From an uncultured Thermoanaerobaculia bacterium (GTDB lineage: Bacteria; Acidobacteriota; Thermoanaerobaculia; Multivoradales; J023), in the NCBI GenBank assembly GCA_964565225.1, contig CAZMEL010000007.1, positions 439-64,438 of the forward strand: 64,000 nucleotides of DNA. Reading direction: 5' to 3'. The notes beneath the pieces are model-generated. The model saw nothing but the letters and a program-made list of their open reading frames with translations. It was not told the DNA's origin and made no database searches. The position numbers and the translations under genes were made by a program. Positions 28,776-39,041 of this stretch are shown in pieces (within the stretch, counting starts at the first letter, position 1; the number at the start of each line of letters is the position of its first letter).

Positions 28776-28879
28776 CGGCTTCCTCCTTCAAGTAGTCTAC
28801 CCGCACCTGCGATACCCTAGTGGGGTCGATCCACCGAACCAGCGGCTCCCGACTGCCATCGAGAGCCAGGCGAGGAATC

Positions 28880-30208
28880 ATGCTGCTCGAAGCCAAGGCA
28901 TCTTCCAGTCCTCCAACCGGCGAGTTCCGCCCATCGCTGATCTCCTGGAACCTCACCCAGCTGTGCAACCTCCGCTGCCCGCACTGCTACCTGTCGGCCG
29001 GCAAGAAGGCGGAGCGGGAGCTGAGCACCGAGGAGTGCCTGCGGCTGCTGCCGGAAATGCAGAGCCTCGGCACCGAGATGGTGATTCTCACCGGTGGCGA
29101 GCCGCTGCTGCGGAAGGACATCTACGAGCTGGCGAGTGCCGCTTCCGAGCTGGGCCTGTGGGTCGTGATGGGGACCAACGGAGTGCTGGTGAACGACGCC
29201 GTGGCCCGGAGGATGCTGGAGTGCGGCGTCAAGGGTGTGGGCATCAGCATCGATTCCATCGATCCCGAAAAACACAATCGGTTCCGCGGTGGTCCCAACG
29301 CCTGGGAGCACTCGGTGAGAGCCCTGGAGGTCTGCAAGGCCAATGGCCTCGAGGTTCTGGTGCAGACCACCGTCATGGACATGAACCGGCAAGAGATTCC
29401 GCAGCTCATCGACTTCGCGCGGCAGAAGGGGGCCTGGTCGTTCAACCTCTACTACCTCGTCCAGACAGGCCGCGGACAGCTCCTGAACGATCTGGACCCG
29501 GAGCAGACCGAGAGCTCCCTCCGCGATCTGGTGGACATCCAGGAACAGTACCGCCCTATGTTGGTGCGCTCGAAATGTGCGCCCCAGTTCAAACGCATCG
29601 CCTATCAACTGGGCCGCGGTGGCCTCGAGAGCGGCGGATGTATGGCGGGAACGCAGTATTGCCGGATCACGCCGGAAGGCAACGTCACCCCGTGCCCCTA
29701 CATGACGGTGGTCGCCGGCAACGTCCTGGAGCAGAGCTTTACGGAGATCTGGAACGAGTCTCCCGTGCTCACCGCCCTGCGCGATCCGTCGAGGCTCAAG
29801 GGCCGATGCGGCGCCTGCGAGTACAAGGAGCTCTGCGGAGGCTGCCGCTGCCGCGCCTACGCCGGCTTCGACGACTACCTGGCAGAAGATCCTGCCTGCC
29901 CGCACGAACCCACCGGAATTCCCATCGAGCAAGCCTCCGTGCTCTGGGACCCCGAGGCACGCGCGCGCCTGGAGCGCATTCCGATCGCCTTCATCCGCAA
30001 CAAAGTCGAGCAGGGCCTGGAGGCCTACGCCCGCAGCCAGGGTGTGGGCCGAATCACTCCTCAGATCATGAAAGAAGGCTTGCAGGGAGAAGGCCGCGGA
30101 TCCGTGTTCGCCAACATGCCCTCTTTCGTCAAGGGTATGCGCCCGGCGCCCGACCCCTCCTCCAGGGACGAGGACACGGGTTCCTCGACCGGCGACGAGC
30201 CCCGGTGA
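28880..30208 (+). CDS. Radical SAM/SPASM protein of the AhbD/NirJ family with C-terminal PCP_red-like domain
   Basis: CNLRCPHC, TGGEPL, SPASM GCMAG..C.ITPEGNVTPC and CGACEYKELCGGCRCRA; tail WDPEARARLERIP..FIR.KV. Confidence 0.8.
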   Translation: MLLEAKASSSPPTGEFRPSLISWNLTQLCNLRCPHCYLSAGKKAERELSTEECLRLLPEMQSLGTEMVILTGGEPLLRKDIYELASAASELGLWVVMGTNGVLVNDAVARRMLECGVKGVGISIDSIDPEKHNRFRGGPNAWEHSVRALEVCKANGLEVLVQTTVMDMNRQEIPQLIDFARQKGAWSFNLYYLVQTGRGQLLNDLDPEQTESSLRDLVDIQEQYRPMLVRSKCAPQFKRIAYQLGRGGLESGGCMAGTQYCRITPEGNVTPCPYMTVVAGNVLEQSFTEIWNESPVLTALRDPSRLKGRCGACEYKELCGGCRCRAYAGFDDYLAEDPACPHEPTGIPIEQASVLWDPEARARLERIPIAFIRNKVEQGLEAYARSQGVGRITPQIMKEGLQGEGRGSVFANMPSFVKGMRPAPDPSSRDEDTGSSTGDEPR

Positions 30209-30225
30209 GCGCCGGCTGATCACAC

Positions 30226-31629
30226 ATGCTCGACGTCGTCGTCATCGGTGGCGGGATCGCCGGTCTCGCGGCGGCCCATCACCTGCAGGAGATGGGCCGC
30301 CAGCAGGAACGACCCCTGCAGATCCGGCTCGTGGAGTCCTCCGGGCGCCTGGGCGGCAAGGTCTCGACGATCCGGCGCGACGGATTCCTGCTCGAAGGTG
30401 GCCCCGATTCGTTCATTCCGCAGAAGCCCTGGGCTCTCGAGCTGACCCGCTCTCTCGGCCTCAGCGACCAGCTCCTCGCCAGCAACGACCACCAGCGAGG
30501 AGCCTTCATCGTCAGGAACGGTGCGCTGCTCTCCTTGCCGGAGGGTATGAGCCTGCTGGTACCGAGGAGCTGGGGAGCCTTCCTCCGCTCGCCGCTGCTG
30601 TCCTGGCGCGGCAAGCTGCGAGTCGCCGGAGAACGCTGGATCTCGGCTCGGAGAGAAGCCGGAGACGAGAGCCTGGCGAGCTTCGTGCGGCGGCGACTGG
30701 GCGAGGAAGCCCTGGAGAGACTCGCGGAGCCGTTGCTGGCGCACATCCACGTCGCCGACATCGAGAAGATGAGCCTCGCCGCCACCTACCCGCGGCTGGC
30801 CGAGCTGGAACGCCGCCACGGGAGCCTGGCGCGTGGAATCGGCAAGATTCCGCGACCGCCCGAAGGCGACGCGCCACCTCTCTTCTGGACCCTCCGCGGA
30901 GGCATGGGGCAGCTGATCGACACCCTGGCAGACCGACTCCATCCCGAGTCGAAGATCGTCGGCACCAGGGCCCTGCGTCTGACCCCGAACGGCGACGCAG
31001 GATTTCGCGTCGAGCTCGAGGGCGAGGACGACCTGCTCACGCGTGGCTTGATCCTGGCCGTTCCGGCCTTCGCCGCTGCCGACCTGCTGCGAGACCTGGA
31101 CCCATCGGCCGCCCGAGAGCTGGCCGAGATCCGCTATGTCTCCATGGCCACGCTCTCCCTCGGTTTCCGCTGCAGCGACCTGCAGGACACCCTCGGTGGA
31201 TTCGGATTCTTCGTGCCGCGCAAGGAACAACGCCACATCCTCGCCTGCACCTGGACCTCGACGAAGTTCGCCCACAGGGCGCCCGAGGACCAGGTGCTGC
31301 TGCGGGCCTTCCTGGGTGGCGCCTTTCACGAGCACACACTGGCCCTCGACGACGAAGCGTTGGTCGCCGCGGTTCTCGAGGATCTCGAACGATTGATGAA
31401 AATTCGCGCCCGGCCCACGCTCACCCATCTGCAGCGCTGGAATCGCGGATATCCCCAGTACGACGTATTCCATACCGATCGAGTGCGTTCGCTACAAAGC
31501 TCACTAAGAAAAGGACTTACTGTCGCAGGAAGCGCGTTTCACGGGGTCGGTATGCCGGATTGTATCCACAGCGGACAGTCGGCGGCCGAGGAGGTTCTGC
31601 GGCAGCTTTCGGAGTCGGCCGCAGGTTGA
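30226..31629 (+). CDS. hemY: HemY-type (copro/proto)porphyrinogen oxidase
   Basis: GGGIAGLAAA FAD motif, RLGGK, EGGPDSF, YPQY, GVGMPDCI. Confidence 0.92.
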   Translation: MLDVVVIGGGIAGLAAAHHLQEMGRQQERPLQIRLVESSGRLGGKVSTIRRDGFLLEGGPDSFIPQKPWALELTRSLGLSDQLLASNDHQRGAFIVRNGALLSLPEGMSLLVPRSWGAFLRSPLLSWRGKLRVAGERWISARREAGDESLASFVRRRLGEEALERLAEPLLAHIHVADIEKMSLAATYPRLAELERRHGSLARGIGKIPRPPEGDAPPLFWTLRGGMGQLIDTLADRLHPESKIVGTRALRLTPNGDAGFRVELEGEDDLLTRGLILAVPAFAAADLLRDLDPSAARELAEIRYVSMATLSLGFRCSDLQDTLGGFGFFVPRKEQRHILACTWTSTKFAHRAPEDQVLLRAFLGGAFHEHTLALDDEALVAAVLEDLERLMKIRARPTLTHLQRWNRGYPQYDVFHTDRVRSLQSSLRKGLTVAGSAFHGVGMPDCIHSGQSAAEEVLRQLSESAAG

Positions 31630-31705
31630 CCCCGAGCGCCCGGCCATGCTAAATACCGTGCCTGACCTCAAAATTTGTAACTTCCCCTGAAAGGCCTAGC
31701 CGAAG

Positions 31706-33091
31706 ATGGCGCATGCCGTAGCAGCCGATATTGATCCCATCCATGGACGTCCGGCTCTCATCGAAGGGGAGCCGGACTTCCATCAGATTACCGAAGTCGT
31801 ATCGGCTCCCATGGAGTGGAAGCCACCGCTCGGCTGGTACATCTTCCTCGGCATTTCTCTCGCCTTCCTCGGCCTTCTCGGCGTCAGCATCGGCTGGCTG
31901 TTCTGGGAAGGTACGGGAATCTGGGGCAACAACATTCCGATCGCCTGGGCCTGGCCGATCGTCAACTTCGTGTTCTGGGTCGGTATCGGCCATGCGGGAA
32001 CCCTGATCTCCGCGGTCTTGTTCCTCTTCCGCATGCGCTGGCGAACCTCGATCAACCGGGCCGCCGAGGCGATGACCCTTTTCGCCGTGGCCTGTGCCCT
32101 GATCTTCCCGGGAATCCATATCGGCCGGCCCTGGTTGCCCTACTGGATGTTGCCGATTCCCAACCAGATGGACATGTGGCCCCAGTTCCGCAGCCCGCTG
32201 ATGTGGGACGTCTTCGCGGTCTCGATCTACGGCACGGTCTCGCTGCTCTTCTGGTACGTGGGGCTGATCCCCGATCTCGCCACCATGCGAGACCGCTCGA
32301 CCACCAAGATCCGGCGCATGGCCTATGGGATCTTCGCCCTCGGCTGGCGCGGCTCTTTCCGGCAGTGGCTCCACTACGAGAAGGCCTACCTGCTGCTGGC
32401 CGGCCTCGCCACGCCCCTGGTGCTCTCGGTGCACTCGGTGGTTTCCTTCGACTTTGCCACCTCGCAGCTCCCCGGCTGGCACACGACCATCTTCCCCCCC
32501 TACTTCGTGGCCGGCGCCATCTTCTCGGGCCTCGCCATGGTGATCACCCTGATGGTGATCTGCCGCGTGGTGTTCAAGCTCGAGCACATCATCAACCTCC
32601 TGCATTTCGACCGCATGGCGAAGCTGATCCTCTTCACCGGCTCGCTGGTGGGCTTCGCCTATAGCCTCGAGTTCTTCATCGCCTGGTACAGCGGAGTCGA
32701 GGTCGAGCTCTTCGCCTTCACCAATCGTGCCACCGGCCCCTACGCCTGGGCCTACTGGACGATGATCTTCTGCAACGTGGTCGTGCCGCAGATCTTCTGG
32801 AGCGCAAGGGCCCGAACGAGCATTCCGGTGCTCTTCGTCGCTTCGATCTTCATCAACATCGGCATGTGGTTCGAGCGATTCGTGATCGTCGTGACCTCGC
32901 TGCACGCCGATTTTCTTCCCGCGAACTGGGACTACTTCACGCCCACGTTCTGGGACGTTGCAACGTTCGCCGGAAGCTTCGGGCTCTTCTTCACCTTGTT
33001 CACCCTATTCGTTCGATTCCTGCCGATGGTCGCCATCGCCGAGGTGAAGAGCGTGCTGCCCCAGGCACACGTCCATCACCGGCCGGAATGA
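31706..33091 (+). CDS. actC: Alternative complex III subunit ActC (NrfD family)
   Basis: [67 protein letters not shown]. Confidence 0.92.
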   Translation: MAHAVAADIDPIHGRPALIEGEPDFHQITEVVSAPMEWKPPLGWYIFLGISLAFLGLLGVSIGWLFWEGTGIWGNNIPIAWAWPIVNFVFWVGIGHAGTLISAVLFLFRMRWRTSINRAAEAMTLFAVACALIFPGIHIGRPWLPYWMLPIPNQMDMWPQFRSPLMWDVFAVSIYGTVSLLFWYVGLIPDLATMRDRSTTKIRRMAYGIFALGWRGSFRQWLHYEKAYLLLAGLATPLVLSVHSVVSFDFATSQLPGWHTTIFPPYFVAGAIFSGLAMVITLMVICRVVFKLEHIINLLHFDRMAKLILFTGSLVGFAYSLEFFIAWYSGVEVELFAFTNRATGPYAWAYWTMIFCNVVVPQIFWSARARTSIPVLFVASIFINIGMWFERFVIVVTSLHADFLPANWDYFTPTFWDVATFAGSFGLFFTLFTLFVRFLPMVAIAEVKSVLPQAHVHHRPE

Positions 33092-33164
33092 CCGCGCAGC
33101 CGAGCACTTCTCGCGGCCCCGGGGCCGAGTGTGCTCGATCCGAAGATCCAGTCGAGGAGCGTAC

Positions 33165-33722
33165 ATGCAAGACGACACAGGGAAAGACACGGGCTCTGAT
33201 TACGGAATTCTGGCAGAGTTCCCCTCCCCCGAGGGCCTGATGCACGCCTGCGCCAAGGTGCGGGACGCCGGTTTCTCCGCCTGGGACGCACACACTCCGT
33301 TCCCGATCCATGGCCTCGACAAGGCCATGGGCCTCGAGCGCTCCATGGTTTCCGCGTTCGTCCTGGTCATGGGCCTGGCGGGCGCCGCCGCCGGGATGTT
33401 CCTGCAGTACTGGACCAGCGCCATCGACTATCCGCTGGTCATCAGCGGCAAGCCGTTCTTCAGCTGGCCCGCCTTCGTTCCCATCATGTTCGAATGTGGT
33501 GTTCTCGGAGGCGCCACCGGGGCCATTCTCGGCATGCTGGTAATGGGCCGCCTACCCCAGCACCACCATCCCCTGTTCGAATCCGAGGCCTTTGCCCGGG
33601 TAACCGATGATGCCTTCTTCATCTCGATCGAGGCCAAAGACCCCAAGTATCGACGGCAAGAGACCATGGGATTCCTCGAAGAGATCGGAGCCACCCACGT
33701 GGAGCTGGTCGCCGAGACCTGA
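33165..33722 (+). CDS. actD: Alternative complex III subunit ActD (DUF3341)
   Basis: DAHTPFPIHGLD, DYPLVISGKP, PAFVPIMFE motifs. Confidence 0.88.
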   Translation: MQDDTGKDTGSDYGILAEFPSPEGLMHACAKVRDAGFSAWDAHTPFPIHGLDKAMGLERSMVSAFVLVMGLAGAAAGMFLQYWTSAIDYPLVISGKPFFSWPAFVPIMFECGVLGGATGAILGMLVMGRLPQHHHPLFESEAFARVTDDAFFISIEAKDPKYRRQETMGFLEEIGATHVELVAET

Positions 33723-33800
33723 CCTCGACCGAACCGACACCCAGGACCGGGTCGACATCGGCTCGGATACCATCCAACACACGCTCCGACGGGTAGGACT

Positions 33801-35009
33801 ATGGAACACCAAGACGTCACATTGCGCCCCGACCAGATCACTCTCCCGGAGAGCGGCCTGTGGACCAAGCTTCCGCTCATCGGTGGCGTTCTCGGGGTCA
33901 TCGGGCTCGGCGCGTCCTTTGCCCTGGGATCCGGTGAGCACTCGGGGCAGCTCGCCTTTTCCTACCTGACGGGCTTCTTCTACTGGCTGACCATCGCTCT
34001 CGGCGGCCTGTTCTTCGTTCTCTTGCACTTTCTCTGCCGCTCGGGTTGGAGCGTGGTGATTCGCCGCCTGGCCGAGAACGTGATGGGTACTCTCCCGGTC
34101 TTCGCCGTGCTCTCCTTGCCGCTGTGGCTCTTCTGGATGCACGATCTCTACCATTGGACCCACGCAGACGCCGTGGCCCATGATCCTCTCCTGCAGCACA
34201 AGGCTCCCTATCTGAACGTGGGATTCTTCTGGGTCCGCCTGGCGATCTACTTCTCGATCTGGACCCTGCTGGCGGTCTTCTACTGGCGGCAGTCGCGCCG
34301 GCAGGACGAATCCGGGTCGATCGAGATCACGGATCTCCTGCAGCGCCGCAGCGCTCCGGGCATGATCCTCTTCGCCCTGACTCTGAATTTTGCGGCCATG
34401 GACTGGCTGATGTCCCTCGACCCTCACTGGTACTCCACGATCTTCGGTGTGTACACCTTCGCCGGCTCCGTGGTGGCGATTCTGGCGTTCCTGATTCTCG
34501 TAACGATCTCGCTCCAGAGAGCCGGCGCCCTGGCAGACGTGGTGACCGGAGAGCATTTCCACGACCTGGGCAAGCTGCTCTTCGGTTTCGTGGTCTTCTG
34601 GGCGTACATCGGCTTCTCCCAGTTCATGCTCATCTGGTACGCCAACATTCCCGAGGAAACCGCCTGGTTCGACCACCGCTGGCACCACGGCTGGGAGAAT
34701 CTCTCGATCTTTCTCGCCGCTGGTCATTTCGTGGTTCCCTTCTTCTTCCTCATCTCCCAACCGGTGAAACGCAACCAGCTGATGATGATCCTCGCCACCC
34801 TCTGGCTGCTCTTCATGCACTATGTGGACATCTACTGGCTGGTGATGCCCACTCACAGCGAATCGCTGCACTTCAGTATCCTCGACCTGACCTGCTGGCT
34901 GGGAATCGGTGGAGTGTTCCTGGCCACCTTCGGCCTGTTGATGCAGAAGGGAAGCCTGGTGCCGCGACAGGATCCGCGCCTGGCCGAATCCCTCGCCTTC
35001 GAGAACTGA
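33801..35009 (+). CDS. actF: Alternative complex III subunit ActF
   Basis: WSVVIRRLAE, DWLMSLDPHWYSTIFG, HFHDLGKLLFGF, QFMLIWYANIPEE. Confidence 0.9.
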   Translation: MEHQDVTLRPDQITLPESGLWTKLPLIGGVLGVIGLGASFALGSGEHSGQLAFSYLTGFFYWLTIALGGLFFVLLHFLCRSGWSVVIRRLAENVMGTLPVFAVLSLPLWLFWMHDLYHWTHADAVAHDPLLQHKAPYLNVGFFWVRLAIYFSIWTLLAVFYWRQSRRQDESGSIEITDLLQRRSAPGMILFALTLNFAAMDWLMSLDPHWYSTIFGVYTFAGSVVAILAFLILVTISLQRAGALADVVTGEHFHDLGKLLFGFVVFWAYIGFSQFMLIWYANIPEETAWFDHRWHHGWENLSIFLAAGHFVVPFFFLISQPVKRNQLMMILATLWLLFMHYVDIYWLVMPTHSESLHFSILDLTCWLGIGGVFLATFGLLMQKGSLVPRQDPRLAESLAFEN

Positions 35010-35152
35010 GATCCATCTCCCTGCCCGCTGCCGTAGCCTCCGCAGAAGTGTGTTGGCCGCAGCGATGTCGGTAGCGCCCGCCCGGCTCCACACTCGGGCG
35101 GGAACGAATTACAATTGGCACACATCATCCACACCCTCAGGGAGACGTTCGT

Positions 35153-36673
35153 TTGGCCAAAGTGTTGATTCTCGAGAGTGATCCGGTCCGCGCCGCGGTG
35201 CTCGAAGACCGCCTGCACGTGAACGGACACCGGGCGGAGATCTTCGCCGCCGCCGAGAAGGCCATCGACCGTGCCTGTGAAGGTGAAGCCGCGCTGATCA
35301 TCCTGGAAATGGAGAATCCAGGCCAACCTGGTCTCGAGATCATCCAGGCACTGCGCGGGCGCGACGAAACCCGCACTCTGCCGATCCTCGCCCTCTCCTC
35401 GAAAAACGACAGCCAGGAACGGGTCGCCGCTCTTCGCGCCGGCGCCGACGAGCTCCTCACCCGGCCGATCGACCTCGAAGAGCTGTTGATCCGGGCCGAG
35501 CGGCTCCTCGGCCAGCGCGGCACCTTTCCGGCGGTCATGCAGGGCGACCTCTCCAATCACCCCGCCTGGGGATTGATCCAGTACATCCAGCAGGCGGAGA
35601 AGAGCTGCCTGCTGATCGTCCGAGGGCAGCGGGGCTCGGGCCAGCTCCAGACCCGCAACGGTCAGGTGGTCTCGGCTCGTTTCGGCTCCTTGCGCAGCCA
35701 CGACGCTCTGCTCGCCCTGCTCGAGCTCAAAGAAGGCCATTTCCGGCTGACCACCGGCAACACCCCGGAGGAAGACGACGACGAGACCGAAATCCCGCCG
35801 TTCTCGATTCCCGAGGTGCTGATGCACGGCGCCTGGCTCGACGATCAGCTGCGTCGGCGGGCGGATTTCCTGCCGGCGACGGGGCTGGCCCTCGAGGCCA
35901 CCGACGGGGAGATACCGGAGATCGAAGACGAGATGGCCTCGGTGCCCATCGTCGAGGTGCTGGAGCAGATTCGTGCCGACCCCGGGATTCGTCTCTTCGA
36001 CCTCATTTCCCGGAGCCACCACGCCCCGGCCAGGGTTCGGCTGGCCGCCGCCTGGCTCGCCGAGCACGACCTCGCCGGACCTTCGGAATCGGCCAAGCAC
36101 CAGACCCTGCTGTCGACGGGCGAGATCTCTTCCTCGATGGTCCTGGAGATCGCCATTCACAATCTCCTCGCGGCCGCTCGGGAGCATGGTTTCGGCGACG
36201 GAGAGCTCCCGTATCTCGTGCTGATCGGTCGCTCTCGCTGGCCCCAGCTCCGCGAGCTGTTGGAGAACGTTCCCGGGTTCAAACGAATCGAGGCGTTACG
36301 CAGCCTGGTGAGCCAGGTCGATCGCCGCGGCGGGGGCAGCGCCTCCTTCGAAACCGACTATGGAACCCTGACGCTCCATCTCCAGATCTTCGAGCCCGAG
36401 GTGGGCCGCCAGATCTCGGCCATCGTTTCGGTTTGTGCGGGAGTTCTCCTCTGGCTGGGGCCCGATCTCGAACCGGCTTCGGTCCAGCAGATCTTCCAAC
36501 GCCTGCAGACCCAGCATTCCTCGACTCTAGGTGTCCTGGTTGCGCCCCGCGCCGAAGACCAGGATCTGGCCCGCAGCCTGGCGGCCGATTCCTTCCGCTG
36601 GCGGGTCAGCAACCACGAGCCCCAGAGCTTGATCGGAATCCTGCGACTCCTCCATCCCCGCGATACCGGCTGA
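35153..36673 (+). CDS. Atypical receiver domain, DUF4388 and unknown C-terminal domain
   Basis: Receiver fold with LIILEMENPG and LTRP; QGDLS..LIQYI..KSCLL..G.L...G.VVSA is DUF4388-like. Confidence 0.75.
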   Translation: MAKVLILESDPVRAAVLEDRLHVNGHRAEIFAAAEKAIDRACEGEAALIILEMENPGQPGLEIIQALRGRDETRTLPILALSSKNDSQERVAALRAGADELLTRPIDLEELLIRAERLLGQRGTFPAVMQGDLSNHPAWGLIQYIQQAEKSCLLIVRGQRGSGQLQTRNGQVVSARFGSLRSHDALLALLELKEGHFRLTTGNTPEEDDDETEIPPFSIPEVLMHGAWLDDQLRRRADFLPATGLALEATDGEIPEIEDEMASVPIVEVLEQIRADPGIRLFDLISRSHHAPARVRLAAAWLAEHDLAGPSESAKHQTLLSTGEISSSMVLEIAIHNLLAAAREHGFGDGELPYLVLIGRSRWPQLRELLENVPGFKRIEALRSLVSQVDRRGGGSASFETDYGTLTLHLQIFEPEVGRQISAIVSVCAGVLLWLGPDLEPASVQQIFQRLQTQHSSTLGVLVAPRAEDQDLARSLAADSFRWRVSNHEPQSLIGILRLLHPRDTG

Positions 36674-36687
36674 GGCGAGCGCCGGAT

Positions 36688-38319
36688 TCAGCCCTTCCTG
36701 CTCGCCTTGAAGAGGTTGCGATAGAGGGCGCGGTTCTCGACCGAATCGAAGCTCTCGAAATGAGCTTCGAACTTCCGCTTCTCCTCCATCTTGCCCTCGT
36801 CCAGATGATGGGTCAGGCGACCCATGGCGAGAAAGGTCTCCACCGGAGTCTTGCCCTCTTCGAAGAGCTCCCGGGCGAATTCCCCGAGTCGGAGCGACTG
36901 GACCTCATAGTCGTTGAGGTCGCCGAGGTTGTCCTGCAGGCTTTTCAGCGCCTTGATCGGCGCCGCGATCTCACCGCCGGGGAAAAAACCGCTGAAGAAC
37001 TCGAGAAGGTACCGTAGCTTCTTGCCGTCGATCCGGATCTCGTGCAGAACCTCCACCGGCGTGTCGGCATGTACGGTGCGGCCCTTCTTGACGATCCTCC
37101 GATAGATCTTCCAGATCCTCTCGCGGGCCACTTCCATGGCCGGGCGGCTCGCGTTGGGGCAGAGCTCGGAGCTACAAGCAGGTGGATGGGTCAGGAAGCG
37201 GTGCCAGGACTGGATCAGGGCTCGGTACCGTTCGGATCCCAGCACCTCCACCAGCCGCTTCTGCTCCAGCTTCTGGGTCGCTTCGAGGAAGCTCCTCAAG
37301 GGCTCGAGATCGCGAGCCGCGGCCTCCGGTAGAGCTGCTTGCAGGCGATCGAATTTGAGCAGGTAGACGTCGAGATCGCGGGTCGGTCCGGTACAACTTC
37401 CGAGCCAGGACAGCTCCCCGCGAAAGTGCTCGAGCTCCGCGGGAGGAAAGACCCCCTTGATCTGGGTCAATGCCGACCGGGTCCGGCGAACGGCCACTCG
37501 AAAATCGTGCAGGAACTCGGAGTCCAGATCGAGGCGAGTGCCGGTTTCGTTGGCCTGCATGGCCCGCAACAGGGAGAGGTGGATCGAACGGGCAGCCTCC
37601 GCGGCCGTCTGAGACGGTCGCAGGGGAATGCGCACCTTCGAGGAGTAGTCGCGCGGCTCTCGCCCGGCAAGGCTCAGGGCTTCCTCGAGCGGGCTCTTCT
37701 CGATCCGTTTCCAGCCGAGCTCCTTTTCGACATGGCTTCGCACCCGCTCGTACGCACTGCCGTAGCCGACCACGGAACGGACCACCAGCCGAGCGGAGAG
37801 GCGACCCAGAGGATGGCCACCGGCTCCACCGGTGGCCGCTTCGCCGGGAACCACCTCCGCCTGCTCGAACCGAGCCCGAACCACTGTCTTGCCATCGGGG
37901 TCGAGCACCCGCGCTCCGAGAACCTGGCTTCGCAGCCCGAGAATCGGCAGCAGGCGCCGCATCGACATCGGCTTCGCCAGCACCTCGCGCATCGCCTCGG
38001 GAAGCTCGTCGGAGAACCCCGGCAGGGAAGCTACCGACGCCCGGGTCGGGCGTTCGCTGTTCCCATGGGCCAGGAACAGCTCGAAGCCACCTTCGGCCCG
38101 GCGAGCTGCCGAGAGCGTGAGCTCGACCCGGTGCAGGCGCCAGTCGAACGTCTCGAGAAAGAAGGTCTCCTGCTGGCGCCGTTCCCCTTCCTGCAGCTCG
38201 AAGGGGCCTCTCAGAGCGTCGAGAGCGACAGAGGCTGCTCGTTCGAAATCGTCGAGCTCCACGGCTCCGCTCACCCGTGGCAGCTCGAACGTCGATTCCA
38301 TTTCTTCGATCAAGACCAA
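36688..38319 (-). CDS. CHAD-domain (polyphosphate-binding, phosin-like) protein
   Basis: LHDFRVAVRRTRS, GPTRDLDV, LHEIRIDGKKLRYLLE and LQDNLGDLND; N-terminal TFDWRL segment. Confidence 0.92.
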   Translation of the reverse strand: MVLIEEMESTFELPRVSGAVELDDFERAASVALDALRGPFELQEGERRQQETFFLETFDWRLHRVELTLSAARRAEGGFELFLAHGNSERPTRASVASLPGFSDELPEAMREVLAKPMSMRRLLPILGLRSQVLGARVLDPDGKTVVRARFEQAEVVPGEAATGGAGGHPLGRLSARLVVRSVVGYGSAYERVRSHVEKELGWKRIEKSPLEEALSLAGREPRDYSSKVRIPLRPSQTAAEAARSIHLSLLRAMQANETGTRLDLDSEFLHDFRVAVRRTRSALTQIKGVFPPAELEHFRGELSWLGSCTGPTRDLDVYLLKFDRLQAALPEAAARDLEPLRSFLEATQKLEQKRLVEVLGSERYRALIQSWHRFLTHPPACSSELCPNASRPAMEVARERIWKIYRRIVKKGRTVHADTPVEVLHEIRIDGKKLRYLLEFFSGFFPGGEIAAPIKALKSLQDNLGDLNDYEVQSLRLGEFARELFEEGKTPVETFLAMGRLTHHLDEGKMEEKRKFEAHFESFDSVENRALYRNLFKASRKG

Positions 38320-38358
38320 GACCGTATCTCCCGGACAGGAGCACCCCGCTCGGGATGC

Positions 38359-38856
38359 CTATTGTTTCTTGGCCTTCTTCTTGTCATCCTTCTTCTTCCC
38401 GCTCTTCTCTTTCTTGCCAGCCTTCTTCTTGCCAGCCTTCTTCTTGGCCACGTCCTTCTTCTTGCGGGCCGCCTTCTTCTTGTCGGCAGCTTTCTCCTTG
38501 CCGGTAGCTTTCTTCTTGCCGGCTGACTTGGTGCTCTTCGCCTTCTTCACTTTCTCGGGCTTCTTGCTCGCCTTTTTCTTCGAGGTGGATCGGGCCGCCT
38601 TTTCTGGCTTGGCCGCTGCCGGCGGCTCTGCTCTTCCCGGCTCGGGAGAGACCTCGGGCTTCGGCGCTGCGGTCTCTGCCTGGAGCTCCCGGGCAGCCTG
38701 CTGGATCGTTGCCGCTCGCGAAAGCCCGAATCCGGTGATCTGGGCCAGAGCTCCGACCCTGGCCTCGACAACGGCCGACAACGTTGCGAGTCCGGCAGCT
38801 GCCAGCTTTTCTGCCGTGATCTTCCCAATTCCACGGACTTTCATCAACTCGTGCAT
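38359..38856 (-). CDS. Helix-hairpin-helix protein with histone-H1-like Lys/Ala-rich tail
   Basis: VRGIGKITAEKL and ITGFGLSRA HhH motifs; the last ~75 aa are dominated by KKKA/KKK runs. Confidence 0.85.
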   Translation of the reverse strand: MHELMKVRGIGKITAEKLAAAGLATLSAVVEARVGALAQITGFGLSRAATIQQAARELQAETAAPKPEVSPEPGRAEPPAAAKPEKAARSTSKKKASKKPEKVKKAKSTKSAGKKKATGKEKAADKKKAARKKKDVAKKKAGKKKAGKKEKSGKKKDDKKKAKKQ

Positions 38857-39041
38857 GTTCGTTCTCCAACCATCGATTCTAGGATCTGATGAATGATCGC
38901 AGGCTCGTTCAGCGAGTAGCAGGAAGGGGCGAGGAAGGAGTCGAGGGGACTCGAATCCACCGAAACGAGACTCACTCGGACCCGAATTCGAGACCAGTGA
39001 GTGGTAAGCTCTCGACTAGCTTATACGATCAAAATCTCGAA

